This document shows positions 1-8,333 of a stretch of DNA of 64,000 bases, in pieces; within the stretch, counting starts at the first letter, position 1, and each line of letters begins with the position of its first letter. Made by a program: the position numbers and the translations under genes. The stretch lies in the IMG/VR virus record IMGVR_UViG_3300045391_003842, positions 51,789 to 115,788 of that record; one strand, written 5' to 3'. The stretch is from a virus. The notes beneath the pieces were generated by a model. That model searched no databases. It was given only the letters and a program-made list of their open reading frames with translations, and was not told the origin of the DNA.

Positions 1-35
1 AAGCCGCCTTACCACGCCCTATCCGACACCGGGGA

Positions 36-557
36 TTGATCCTGTCGGACGTATGCAGATACCGAACTGGCGTGGGAGGCTTGGCCACCAGCCTCAATCA
101 ACCCCCCAACCCAGGACCAGCCATGCCAGCACCGCCAGCCAAGCCCGATCCCTGGTATGCCGATCGGCCGAACGAGGCGAACCAGCCGCCGGTCACCATT
201 CCCCTGTCTTTGGCGCGTGCGCTGGAGGATCGCTGCTGGGCGACAGGGGAGAACGAATGGGCGGCCTTCATGAACAAGGCGATCACAGCCGCGGGCCACA
301 CACCGGTTGGGCTCCTGCCGTCTGACACCACGCCGACGCCAGAAGAGGATGCGCTGACCAAGGCTTTCGCTAACGAACCGCACATTCTGGATTTCAAGAA
401 GGCCTGGGCGATCCAGCGGGCGCGCGGCAACAAGCTGATGCATCAGCCGCGGTGCAGTTCGGTACCTGGATGGGATAAGCTATCCGGGCCGACGTTCCTG
501 TGCGATTGCGGCGCGATCGTCGCCGAGTGGCAGAAGATCAGGGGCAAGCTGCCGTAA
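36..557 (+). CDS. hypothetical phage protein
   Basis: ORF with C-terminal HxxxC...CxC motif; the true start may be ATG 123. Confidence 0.5.
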   Translation: MILSDVCRYRTGVGGLATSLNQPPNPGPAMPAPPAKPDPWYADRPNEANQPPVTIPLSLARALEDRCWATGENEWAAFMNKAITAAGHTPVGLLPSDTTPTPEEDALTKAFANEPHILDFKKAWAIQRARGNKLMHQPRCSSVPGWDKLSGPTFLCDCGAIVAEWQKIRGKLP

Positions 558-631
558 GCTTCCGTGCATTAAAAAGGGCCGCCTCCCAGCAGCCCTTACC
601 GCTCGCCCGTTAATTGCTAATTCACACGGTG

Positions 632-1468
632 CTATCCAAGCGCCTCGCGGACCATCCGGTTCACCAGATCCGGGTCTTCCGCGAGCTTTGCGGCCAAGCA
701 CCTGCGTTCGTCGGCTGTCAGCGAAAACCATCCGCTGGCGAAGAATTTTCGGCCCGCCGGTACCGTGGCTGGGCCGAATAGCGAGTCTACGTCTTCCACA
801 TCTGCGTCCTCCCAGGTTCTGCCGCGTTCCGCGGCGATCTCTCTTATCTTGGCCACCTGATCTTCCGGCGCGGCCTTGGCTACGGTCAACAGCACGGATT
901 GGTTGTCGGCGAGCCCGGCGGCGCGCACGATGGTTTTGGCGGCTGGTTCGATGTTCGCCACCCGCATGGCGCGCTGCGCCTCGGTGCGGTCAATGCCAAG
1001 ATCGCGTGCGGCTGCATTAATTCCACTTTCGGGGCGCCCGGCCCGGCGCTGGGATTTCGACGCAAGTTGAGCCGAAACTTCCCGCGACTCGCGCAACCGG
1101 ATCCACTTCGCGATGAGTTCCTTGCGCTCCAGGGCCACCAGTTCGCGCCGATGGAGGTTTTCCGCCACCTCCCACATCTGCGCCGTCTCCAGGTCTGGAG
1201 CCTTGTTGAAGGGAACGGATTCCCAGCCCAGGCGCGTCACCGCCTCCAGCCGGTTGCGCCCGGCGACAAGCATCACGGCGTTACCGATGATACCTTCGTC
1301 GGGCGTCTCCAGGTCTTTGACATAGAGCAATGTGATTGGCGTCCGGAGCCCGATGTCCTTGATAGACGACATCAGGTCCGTAACGGTTTTCTCATCTACG
1401 GACCTGCGGTGCACAGGAACATAGATCGACTCTACGGATTCGTATCCGTCGCAGGCTATGGTTTTCAT
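632..1468 (-). CDS. ParB/Srx N-terminal domain protein with HTH
   Basis: RRSVDEKTVTDLMSSIKDIGLRTPITL...LVAGRNRLEA..LGW...ENLHRREL ParB signature; HTH-like INAAARDLGIDRTEAQR. Confidence 0.8.
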   Translation of the reverse strand: MKTIACDGYESVESIYVPVHRRSVDEKTVTDLMSSIKDIGLRTPITLLYVKDLETPDEGIIGNAVMLVAGRNRLEAVTRLGWESVPFNKAPDLETAQMWEVAENLHRRELVALERKELIAKWIRLRESREVSAQLASKSQRRAGRPESGINAAARDLGIDRTEAQRAMRVANIEPAAKTIVRAAGLADNQSVLLTVAKAAPEDQVAKIREIAAERGRTWEDADVEDVDSLFGPATVPAGRKFFASGWFSLTADERRCLAAKLAEDPDLVNRMVREALG

Positions 1469-1504
1469 TGCGATATTAAACCCGCCGCAAGATAGGGTTT
1501 CGGA

Positions 1505-2608
1505 TTAGGCTACCGGCGGGAATATATCACTGTGCCAGTGCAGTGATCCAGAAAGTTTCTTTTGATTTTGCGTGTACGCGTTCCAACCGAGAATGATCGA
1601 TGCGGCGGTGTGCACGGCGGGGTATCCGTCCACGTTCTTTTGCACGTCGCCGCGCAGGATCGCCTGATGCAGCACGCGCGCCGGATCTTTCGGACCGAGC
1701 GGCGAATTGCCGGTCATCAAAACCTCATAGAACGGCTCAAACAGGGTATCGGCGAACTTGCTCCGCTGCTTGATCAGGTAGCAGGCCGCGGCGCCGGCTG
1801 CCTGGGAAAAGCCAGGGAACCGCTTCCTCTCTTCGGTCGGTCTGCTTTCCTTGAAGCTGTCGTGGATGCCGCGGTACAGCCGAGCCCCAAGCTTCACCGA
1901 CTCATGCACGTTGGGATAGCGCGCGAGCACCGGCATGATGTCGTAAGTCTGGATGGTGATGCGGGTGCGGCCGTTGAACTTGATGTCCTCCAGCAGCCGC
2001 ACCGTGGCGTGCGTGTGGTCCGAATCCGCGACGTTGTTCACCTCCATGATGTCGTTGCCGGCGCGCTGCTTGTTGGTATCGATATTGATGCGGCTCGCGG
2101 CGCTGGCGCCTGTGGTCAGATATACGCCAAGGGTTTCACCTGTAACGAGGCAGGCCAAGCAACGATGCTGGCCAGTGCCCAGGTTATAGTCATCGTGCAT
2201 GACGATGGCTTCCGGGTGCGCGTGGTCCCATTTCCCGTCGCGGATCCAGGTGATGACCCGCTTGAGATCGTCCAGGCTGATGTTGCGGTTGTGCTTGTTG
2301 TGTTGGAGAAGGACGTAGGCATGGGCCGGCGTCATCCGGATCGCCTGCGAGTGCAGCTTGTGCTGCGCTGCCGACATGCCGGTGAACATCTCATCGATTA
2401 CCAGTTGTTCCTTGATGGTTTTGTCGAACCACTGCTGGGCTTCCCAGATCTGCATCGCCGTTAGCTTGTTGATGCCGCGGAGCGTTTCCAAAAGCTTCTC
2501 AGAGTCTCTAGGCCGAGAAGAGTTGTGTACCCGAATATGATACGCGAGCACCTTCATGACACTTTCATCATGGCTGCTCAGTGTGTATTTCTTGCTCGTG
2601 GTGGGCAT
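1505..2608 (-). CDS. ParB-like (DGQHR-type) domain protein
   Basis: TPAHAYVLL.HN.HNRNIS...DGKW....IVM....LGTGQHRCLA pattern typical of phage ParB-like proteins. Confidence 0.65.
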   Translation of the reverse strand: MPTTSKKYTLSSHDESVMKVLAYHIRVHNSSRPRDSEKLLETLRGINKLTAMQIWEAQQWFDKTIKEQLVIDEMFTGMSAAQHKLHSQAIRMTPAHAYVLLQHNKHNRNISLDDLKRVITWIRDGKWDHAHPEAIVMHDDYNLGTGQHRCLACLVTGETLGVYLTTGASAASRINIDTNKQRAGNDIMEVNNVADSDHTHATVRLLEDIKFNGRTRITIQTYDIMPVLARYPNVHESVKLGARLYRGIHDSFKESRPTEERKRFPGFSQAAGAAACYLIKQRSKFADTLFEPFYEVLMTGNSPLGPKDPARVLHQAILRGDVQKNVDGYPAVHTAASIILGWNAYTQNQKKLSGSLHWHSDIFPPVA

Positions 2609-2726
2609 GGAGAATTAACCTTTCTTGGTTGATCAAGCTGGAAGTCGTGCAACCCGGCCATTCAAGCGGGTGTAGGCTAGTAGCTGATATTTGTAATGTG
2701 GAGACAAAATGCTACATTGTCAATAT

Positions 2727-2746
2727 CTGACACATAAATGTGCCAA
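2727..2746. promoter_or_regulatory. palindromic operator-like site (copy 1)
   Basis: CTGACA-N8-TGCCAA in the divergent intergenic region, just before ATG 2750. Confidence 0.5.
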
Positions 2747-2749
2747 TAA

Positions 2750-3031
2750 ATGAACACACGTCTCATTTCTAATTCTGTTCCTCTGCCAACGTTGCAGCGT
2801 ATAGCTCAGTTTGTTAGAACGGAGGCCCAACGCCGCAAGCGCGGATTGGGTTTCGGATACGGTGATGACAAAACCGCAGAATCGCTGATCGCCCAGGCCG
2901 ACGCGTTTGAGGCAGGCCTGAATGGGACTATCCCGCCGCAGTGGGAGTCCTATATATCTGAGGCTATGCACAAGGACGATCCCGAGTTTGACTTGTACGT
3001 GCGGCTGAAATCCAAGTTTGAAAACCCCTAG
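2750..3031 (+). CDS. small protein, DPE..Y.RLK.KF family (paralog 1)
   Basis: C-terminus DDPEFDLYVRLKSKF; similar over its length to the next ORF. Confidence 0.7.
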   Translation: MNTRLISNSVPLPTLQRIAQFVRTEAQRRKRGLGFGYGDDKTAESLIAQADAFEAGLNGTIPPQWESYISEAMHKDDPEFDLYVRLKSKFENP

Positions 3032-3043
3032 CAGGACACTCTA

Positions 3044-3313
3044 ATGCCACATAACTCAGTACAACTTCGTCGCGTTGCCGAACTGGCGTTGCTGGAAGGC
3101 AACCGTCAGATACGCGCCGTTGGCAAATGCGGCTTGCCGAACCCTCCGCGTGAGGCAGCCTTGCGTCTGATCTCTCAGGCGGAAGGCTTTCTGGCGGCGT
3201 TGAGCGGGAACGCGCCGACCGATTGGCGGAGATTTGTGATTGCTGCGGCCCACGAAGGCGATCCTGAATACGCGCAGTATCTGCGCCTGAAGGAGAAGTT
3301 CGATGGAGAATAA
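3044..3313 (+). CDS. small protein, DPE..Y.RLK.KF family (paralog 2)
   Basis: AGGA RBS; C-terminus GDPEYAQYLRLKEKF. Confidence 0.75.
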   Translation: MPHNSVQLRRVAELALLEGNRQIRAVGKCGLPNPPREAALRLISQAEGFLAALSGNAPTDWRRFVIAAAHEGDPEYAQYLRLKEKFDGE

Positions 3314-3647
3314 TGCAGTGCCTGACACGGCCGATGCGCCGGTACCGCCGAGGCGTGACCCGTTTCCGGCGGCCTTGTTCGCTAACCTCGCCGGGCTCAC
3401 GCCTGATCAGATCGGGGCCACGGCGCAGCGCGTTTGGGCCACGGCCAAAACGGAATCCGGCCGGACGGCCAAGCCGGAAATCCTCGAAGTTTGCAAGATC
3501 CGTGAGGCCCAGGCCGTGGCGGTGATCGCGACGCTCAGAGGCACCGTGCTCATCGGGTGGGAGCCTGACGCCAAGGAAGTGCTCATTCGCTGCGATCCTG
3601 AATGGGACACCTATCAGCGGCTGAAACGGAAGTTCGGCGACCGTTAG
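3303..3647 (+). CDS. small protein, DPE..Y.RLK.KF family (paralog 3)
   Basis: GGAG RBS; C-terminus CDPEWDTYQRLKRKF. Confidence 0.7.
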   Translation: MENNAVPDTADAPVPPRRDPFPAALFANLAGLTPDQIGATAQRVWATAKTESGRTAKPEILEVCKIREAQAVAVIATLRGTVLIGWEPDAKEVLIRCDPEWDTYQRLKRKFGDR

Positions 3648-3667
3648 CACGCACAGTTGAGGATAGA

Positions 3668-3841
3668 ATGTCAGGCACGACTCCAGCCGATCATCTGAAA
3701 TGCCGCTACTGCACGTGGATCACAGCGAAGTGGCTCACCAAGAACGGCAAGCGGACATCCGGCTGGAGCCGGCTTGAAGCGCATCTGGAGGACGCGCACG
3801 GCATCATCGCCAAGCTATCGTCAACTTCAGAGGACGATTGA
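3668..3841 (+). CDS. small C2H2-like zinc-binding protein
   Basis: GAGG RBS before ATG 3668; CRYC...HLEDAH. Confidence 0.6.
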   Translation: MSGTTPADHLKCRYCTWITAKWLTKNGKRTSGWSRLEAHLEDAHGIIAKLSSTSEDD

Positions 3842-3856
3842 CTGAGCCGAACCCGT

Positions 3857-3876
3857 ATGTCACATATATCTGCCAC
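3857..3876. promoter_or_regulatory. palindromic operator-like site (copy 2)
   Basis: ATGTCA-N8-TGCCAC(TTAA) upstream of ORF 3900. Confidence 0.55.
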
Positions 3877-3899
3877 TTAACCATTAACCAGGACTCGTC

Positions 3900-4259
3900 A
3901 TGAAACAACTCACTATTGACCTTATTGATATCGGTCTTGAGCGTGCGCTTGCAGCCCTCGAAAATCACTCCGTTGGCAGTGCGGACGCACTTCCCGTCCT
4001 GCACGCGATCGAAGTGATCGCCGAAGCCCGCAAGGCCGCGGCGTTAGCCAGTATGGCCCAGGACGTGCACGACATGGCCCAGACGCTTCGCGCCTTCGGC
4101 GCCTCCAACCAGTTCGCGTTGCTGGCGGATCTCGTGGAAACAGGACTGGCAGCGGCGGTGGTCGGGCTCGACTCGGAGATCGGCAAGCAGGTTGATCCAG
4201 GCTCGCGCGCCGCCGCCACGCTGCTGGCGCGCATCGCCAAGATGGGAGGGAAGGCATGA
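3900..4259 (+). CDS. hypothetical protein
   Basis: AGGA RBS; ATGA coupling to next gene. Confidence 0.65.
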   Translation: MKQLTIDLIDIGLERALAALENHSVGSADALPVLHAIEVIAEARKAAALASMAQDVHDMAQTLRAFGASNQFALLADLVETGLAAAVVGLDSEIGKQVDPGSRAAATLLARIAKMGGKA

Positions 4260-4816
4260 CGGCCGCGGACGAACTCAAACGCATTGACGGCTATATGGGC
4301 GGCCGTATTCCCTATCACTGGGTGGAGCAACGCGACGGCAAGGCCGCTTTCTTCATCGGCTCCATGCATATTGGGTCCGCGAGCTTTGACGGCGCCACCG
4401 AACTCTGGTCCTGGCGCAGCCAGTTCTTTAGCATACCGCCGCACGCGTCGCACAAGTCTCTGGCGAAGTTGACCATGGACGTGGAGCGTGCGGCCGGCGT
4501 GCGCCACGTGGAGCCGCCGCTGACGATGGTTGTCAGAGAGGCGGCCGATGTCGCGCAGCGTTGGTTGCAGACCTACGTCATGCAGTTCGCCGACGCCCAG
4601 CCGATCAAGAGCGCCGACGCCGAATCCTTGGCCATTGCCATGTATGGGGCCATGGATATGGAGACGCGGGCCAACCAGCAGACCAGCCTGCGCCTGAGCG
4701 TGGATATGACGGTGGAGTCGCTGGCCAAACAGATCGGCGTCAGTGAGGCGGCCCTGTTGAGCCATATCGGTCAGGCGAACAAAACGCGCGTGCGCAGCGA
4801 GAAGGGGGCAGCCTGA
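4256..4816 (+). CDS. hypothetical protein
   Basis: coupled ORF within the operon. Confidence 0.65.
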   Translation: MTAADELKRIDGYMGGRIPYHWVEQRDGKAAFFIGSMHIGSASFDGATELWSWRSQFFSIPPHASHKSLAKLTMDVERAAGVRHVEPPLTMVVREAADVAQRWLQTYVMQFADAQPIKSADAESLAIAMYGAMDMETRANQQTSLRLSVDMTVESLAKQIGVSEAALLSHIGQANKTRVRSEKGAA

Positions 4817-4817
4817 C

Positions 4818-5423
4818 ATGCTGACTCTCGGCCCTGAGTTCATCCCTCTCCAGATCAACTGGCGCCAGTCACCGACCGATCCCAACATGCTTGTCGGCCG
4901 CCTGGGTGAAATCGTCCTGTGGAAAATAAACATCGCGGGCGACAAGGTGTTTCTGCGCAGTACCACCATCAGTTCGATTCCGGTGGAGATGCAGAAGCTG
5001 CGGAAACTCACGAATGTCGAGATGATGCAGCCACTGCCGTTCGACACCGTGGATCAGGCGAAGATGGCGGTGCAGATCTACGTCGCCGGTATGCGGGTGA
5101 AGCTACCAGACCATGACGATATGCGTGAGCGGAGCACCGAGGCCACGGCGGCGCTGGTGCGAATTCGCGACGTGCTCGCCGGCTGCCCGATGACCGTACC
5201 GATGCCGGGCTCGTACGACATCATGAACGGCAACGTGAGCGTCGCGGCGACGGCTGACCGGATATGCACGGCGGTCCGCGTCCTCTGCGATGCCTGGGAG
5301 CGACGGCCCAAGGTGACGAAACTTGAGCCCAGCTTCCCGCCGATCCCCTGGCGTGAGCAGGTTTGGCGCTGGGGACTCCTCGCCACGCTCGCCATTGATG
5401 TCGCGGTCAACATCCTGCACTGA
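4818..5423 (+). CDS. hypothetical protein, C-terminal hydrophobic segment
   Basis: ORF within the operon. Confidence 0.6.
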   Translation: MLTLGPEFIPLQINWRQSPTDPNMLVGRLGEIVLWKINIAGDKVFLRSTTISSIPVEMQKLRKLTNVEMMQPLPFDTVDQAKMAVQIYVAGMRVKLPDHDDMRERSTEATAALVRIRDVLAGCPMTVPMPGSYDIMNGNVSVAATADRICTAVRVLCDAWERRPKVTKLEPSFPPIPWREQVWRWGLLATLAIDVAVNILH

Positions 5424-5431
5424 GGCCTGCC

Positions 5432-5983
5432 ATGCTGCACCAAAAAATAGACAGTTTCAGCGGCTACCATGATTTTCTGTCGAACTTCTTTCCCGATGAT
5501 ATATGGATCAAAGGAAAGGCCTACAGAACACTTGAACATGCTTTCCAGGCGGCGAAACATACTGATCCTGTATTTCAGGAACAGATACGGTTGACGCGTG
5601 AACCCGGCGCCGCGAAGCGTTTGGCGCGCTCCAAGCCGGCCCGTGACAACTGGGATTACATCAAAGTGGGCGTCATGCTGGAATTGCTGCGCATGAAGTT
5701 CGCCGATCCTCGCTTGCGGGCGATGCTGCTGGATACCGGTGATCTGTATCTGGAGGAAGGCAACACCTGGGGCGACGAGTACTGGGGCACTGTGAAGGGT
5801 GTCGGCAAGAACATGCTGGGGCATTTGCTGATGCAGGTTCGCAAAGAACTCAAAAAGACCAAATCAAGAACAGAGATGGAAGATCTGCTGAATCCGGCGA
5901 GCATCAAATGCGACGACCAGAACTGTTCCAACTACAGGAACATGCGCGGCGGGTGCGATCTCTGCGGCGCGCCCTGTCTCTAG
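5432..5983 (+). CDS. NADAR family protein (YbiA-like ADP-ribose/N-glycosyl hydrolase)
   Basis: FLSNF...YRTLEHAFQAAK...WD..K..VM.....KF....L..LL.TG...L.E....D.YWG....GKNMLG.LLM.VR. Confidence 0.9.
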   Translation: MLHQKIDSFSGYHDFLSNFFPDDIWIKGKAYRTLEHAFQAAKHTDPVFQEQIRLTREPGAAKRLARSKPARDNWDYIKVGVMLELLRMKFADPRLRAMLLDTGDLYLEEGNTWGDEYWGTVKGVGKNMLGHLLMQVRKELKKTKSRTEMEDLLNPASIKCDDQNCSNYRNMRGGCDLCGAPCL

Positions 5984-6049
5984 GCGATTTCATTTGTATC
6001 GACCGCGCGACCAGCGCTATGGATAGAGCGTCGGTTGCGCGGTACGGAA

Positions 6050-6133
6050 ATGATGACGCTCGCTGAACACATCCTGGTATGTTCTGGGTTGGTTATCTGC
6101 ATTCTGGCCATGATCGTGGTGGTGCGACGATGA
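6050..6133 (+). CDS. 27-aa hydrophobic peptide
   Basis: MMTLAEHILVCSGLVICILAMIVVVRR; ATGA overlap with next ORF; too short for the ORF track. Confidence 0.5.
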   Translation: MMTLAEHILVCSGLVICILAMIVVVRR

Positions 6134-6513
6134 GTTTTCCTGTTCCGCCGGGCGGCCGGACGACCAAAGAGCGCATGCGTCAATTATTGGACGAGGCGAA
6201 AGCCAACGTCAAACGCCTGGATTCCTGTCCAGGACCACACGATTTCCGACAAATCTCCGCGAAAGTCTTTGGTGGGCGCTGGCAATGCGCGTCCTGCGGT
6301 GGTGAAGTCGATACCGTAGCTTACGCGTGGTATATGAAAGGACTGATCCATGGACGATCTACCCTCTCCAGCGCCGGACGGCCCGCGTGCTCGTCTGACG
6401 GAGACCTACCGTCAGGATTTGATGGGTGTGGCGCGGACGATGAAGATCCATGCCCAGCAACTGCTGACGAAGGCGGAAGCTGCGGAGCGGATGCTGACGG
6501 AGGTGATGTCTGA
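6130..6513 (+). CDS. hypothetical protein with C..H / CxxC motifs
   Basis: ATG 6130; CPGPHDF...WQCASCGG; the 3' part overlaps the next ORF. Confidence 0.55.
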   Translation: MSFPVPPGGRTTKERMRQLLDEAKANVKRLDSCPGPHDFRQISAKVFGGRWQCASCGGEVDTVAYAWYMKGLIHGRSTLSSAGRPACSSDGDLPSGFDGCGADDEDPCPATADEGGSCGADADGGDV

Positions 6514-7486
6514 GTCGCGGCCGATCGGCGTTTCGCATGAACAGTACATGGCGGCCTGGAACAGCCGCATGCATGACGTTCTGCACGCGGCCGATCGCAT
6601 GGCGGATATCGACATCCCGGAGCCACCGGAACTGCTGACAGGCAAGCATGGCAGGATCATCGTCATGGATGACCTGGGTGCTGGGGTCGCGGTGGCGTCG
6701 CACACCCATCCGATGCCGGGCGACTATACGCAACTGGAGGCCTACGCCATGACCTGTCCGATGCGCCCGCGTTTGGCAGGGCTCGCGCCGTCGCCGGTCT
6801 TCAAGAATGCCAGTGGTGAGCGCCTTGGCAAGCCCAACGAAGAACCAAGGCCGGATGAAATCTGCGTCGGCTATGTGCCGGTAACCCATACGGGCCGGTT
6901 CCAGCCGCAGAAACTGAGCCACGATGGCAAAAAACTGTCATTGGCGGCGATGTACGGCGGCAAGCTGCATGAAAACTTGGTGCAGAGTTTCAGCCAATTC
7001 GTCGGCATGGACGTGAATGACGCCAAGGTGCAGATCACGGCGGAGACTGTCGCGTTGGTCAGCAAGATGCAGGAAGACATGATGACTACGCTGGGCGTGG
7101 CGCCACACTGGGACATCCCTGACCAACGCGTCATGGTGGTGGCGCCCGGTACGGCCGGCGCTTGCACCGACGCCGAGCGTGAGCAGATCGAACGTTCTAT
7201 GGCGGATCCGGCCATGCTGGAGCCCGAGCGCGCCCGGCTCGAGTCGCTGGGGTTCAAGGCGGCGCCGGTACCGACATCGGGCACCACGCGAATCGCGGAC
7301 ATGGACGTGACGCAGCGCCTGCGAGAGATCCAGGCCGATCGCGAGGCCGCGGAGAAGCAGACGGCACTGCCGGCGGAGGATTGGCGGCACAACGGCGCGT
7401 GTCCGATCTGCAAGACGGGCAAGGTGCGCTATGACACCTCGTACACCCGGCTTGGCTGCGAGGATTGCGGCGCCCAACCCACCTGA
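6350..7486 (+). CDS. hypothetical protein with C-terminal zinc ribbon
   Basis: AGGA RBS; CPIC...CEDC. Confidence 0.65.
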   Translation: MDDLPSPAPDGPRARLTETYRQDLMGVARTMKIHAQQLLTKAEAAERMLTEVMSESRPIGVSHEQYMAAWNSRMHDVLHAADRMADIDIPEPPELLTGKHGRIIVMDDLGAGVAVASHTHPMPGDYTQLEAYAMTCPMRPRLAGLAPSPVFKNASGERLGKPNEEPRPDEICVGYVPVTHTGRFQPQKLSHDGKKLSLAAMYGGKLHENLVQSFSQFVGMDVNDAKVQITAETVALVSKMQEDMMTTLGVAPHWDIPDQRVMVVAPGTAGACTDAEREQIERSMADPAMLEPERARLESLGFKAAPVPTSGTTRIADMDVTQRLREIQADREAAEKQTALPAEDWRHNGACPICKTGKVRYDTSYTRLGCEDCGAQPT

Positions 7487-7487
7487 T

Positions 7488-7526
7488 TTGACCCTAGTAT
7501 CGTGGCATGAGACAGTGCCACGATAC
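7488..7526 (+). promoter_or_regulatory. putative promoter overlapped by an 11-bp inverted repeat (operator copy 3)
   Basis: TTGACC-N17-GACAGT; GTATCGTGGCA-N8-TGCCACGATAC perfect inverted repeat at 7497-7526. Confidence 0.6.
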
Positions 7527-7543
7527 GCAACCCTGGATGAACC

Positions 7544-8005
7544 ATGCGCCCTAGACTCTACCTTGCCGGCCCGATCGGCGGCGAATCCTACTCGGCCGCG
7601 ACCGATTGGCGCGTGGCCACCACATCGGTGCTGGATGGCGTCATTGACTGCTTCTCGCCGATGCGCGGCTTTACCCATCTGAAGGGTGAGCAGTCCATCT
7701 CCGACACCGTCAGCCTGAGGGCGCCGCGCGTGCACACCACCAAGGGTGTGATCAGTCGCGACCACAACGACGTCCTGCGCGCGGACTGCCTGCTGGTGCG
7801 CCTGCATGGGGCGAAGAAGATCTCCACGGGCACGGCGATTGAACTGGCCTGGGCCTATCACCTGCACAAGCCGGCGGTGGTGTGGATCGAAGACGGCGAC
7901 GAGAATATCCACGCTCAGCATCCGATGCTGGTGGAGACGTTCCGCTGGCGCACGCCGTCCATCTCCGAGGCGATTGAGATCGTCAGAGGGGTTCTCCTGC
8001 CATGA
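7544..8005 (+). CDS. nucleoside 2-deoxyribosyltransferase / nucleotide N-hydrolase family protein
   Basis: LYLAGPI...D...V.RADCLLV.....STGTAIELAWAY.L.KP. Confidence 0.85.
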   Translation: MRPRLYLAGPIGGESYSAATDWRVATTSVLDGVIDCFSPMRGFTHLKGEQSISDTVSLRAPRVHTTKGVISRDHNDVLRADCLLVRLHGAKKISTGTAIELAWAYHLHKPAVVWIEDGDENIHAQHPMLVETFRWRTPSISEAIEIVRGVLLP

Positions 8006-8193
8006 GTTTCATCACGCTGTTTAAGGCAGACCGCGTGAAGCTGGTCACGACGCGGGCGGTCCTCATTCAGTATGACGGGCTCCGTGAGATCTGGATTCCG
8101 CGGTCTGTCATCGAAAACGGCGACACGATCGCGAAAGACGATGAAGACGTTGTTGTGCAGGAGTGGTTTGCCGAACGAGAAGGTTTGGAATGA
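8002..8193 (+). CDS. small hypothetical protein
   Basis: coupled ORF, EIWIPRS...VQEWFA motif. Confidence 0.65.
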   Translation: MSFITLFKADRVKLVTTRAVLIQYDGLREIWIPRSVIENGDTIAKDDEDVVVQEWFAEREGLE

Positions 8194-8333
8194 AACTACC
8201 ACAACGCCATCACAAGTATGACCTGTACCCGGCCGATCCTTACGCGGCCGTGGCGCAGTTGGTCATCTGTGTTAACGTTGTGGTTTTGATTGTAATGGCT
8301 TTGATCGGCGTTTGGAAATTGGCGGGTGGATAA
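8190..8333 (+). CDS. 47-aa membrane peptide
   Basis: ATGA/TAATG coupling on both sides; hydrophobic stretch VAQLVICVNVVVLIVMALIGVW. Confidence 0.55.
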   Translation: MKLPQRHHKYDLYPADPYAAVAQLVICVNVVVLIVMALIGVWKLAGG

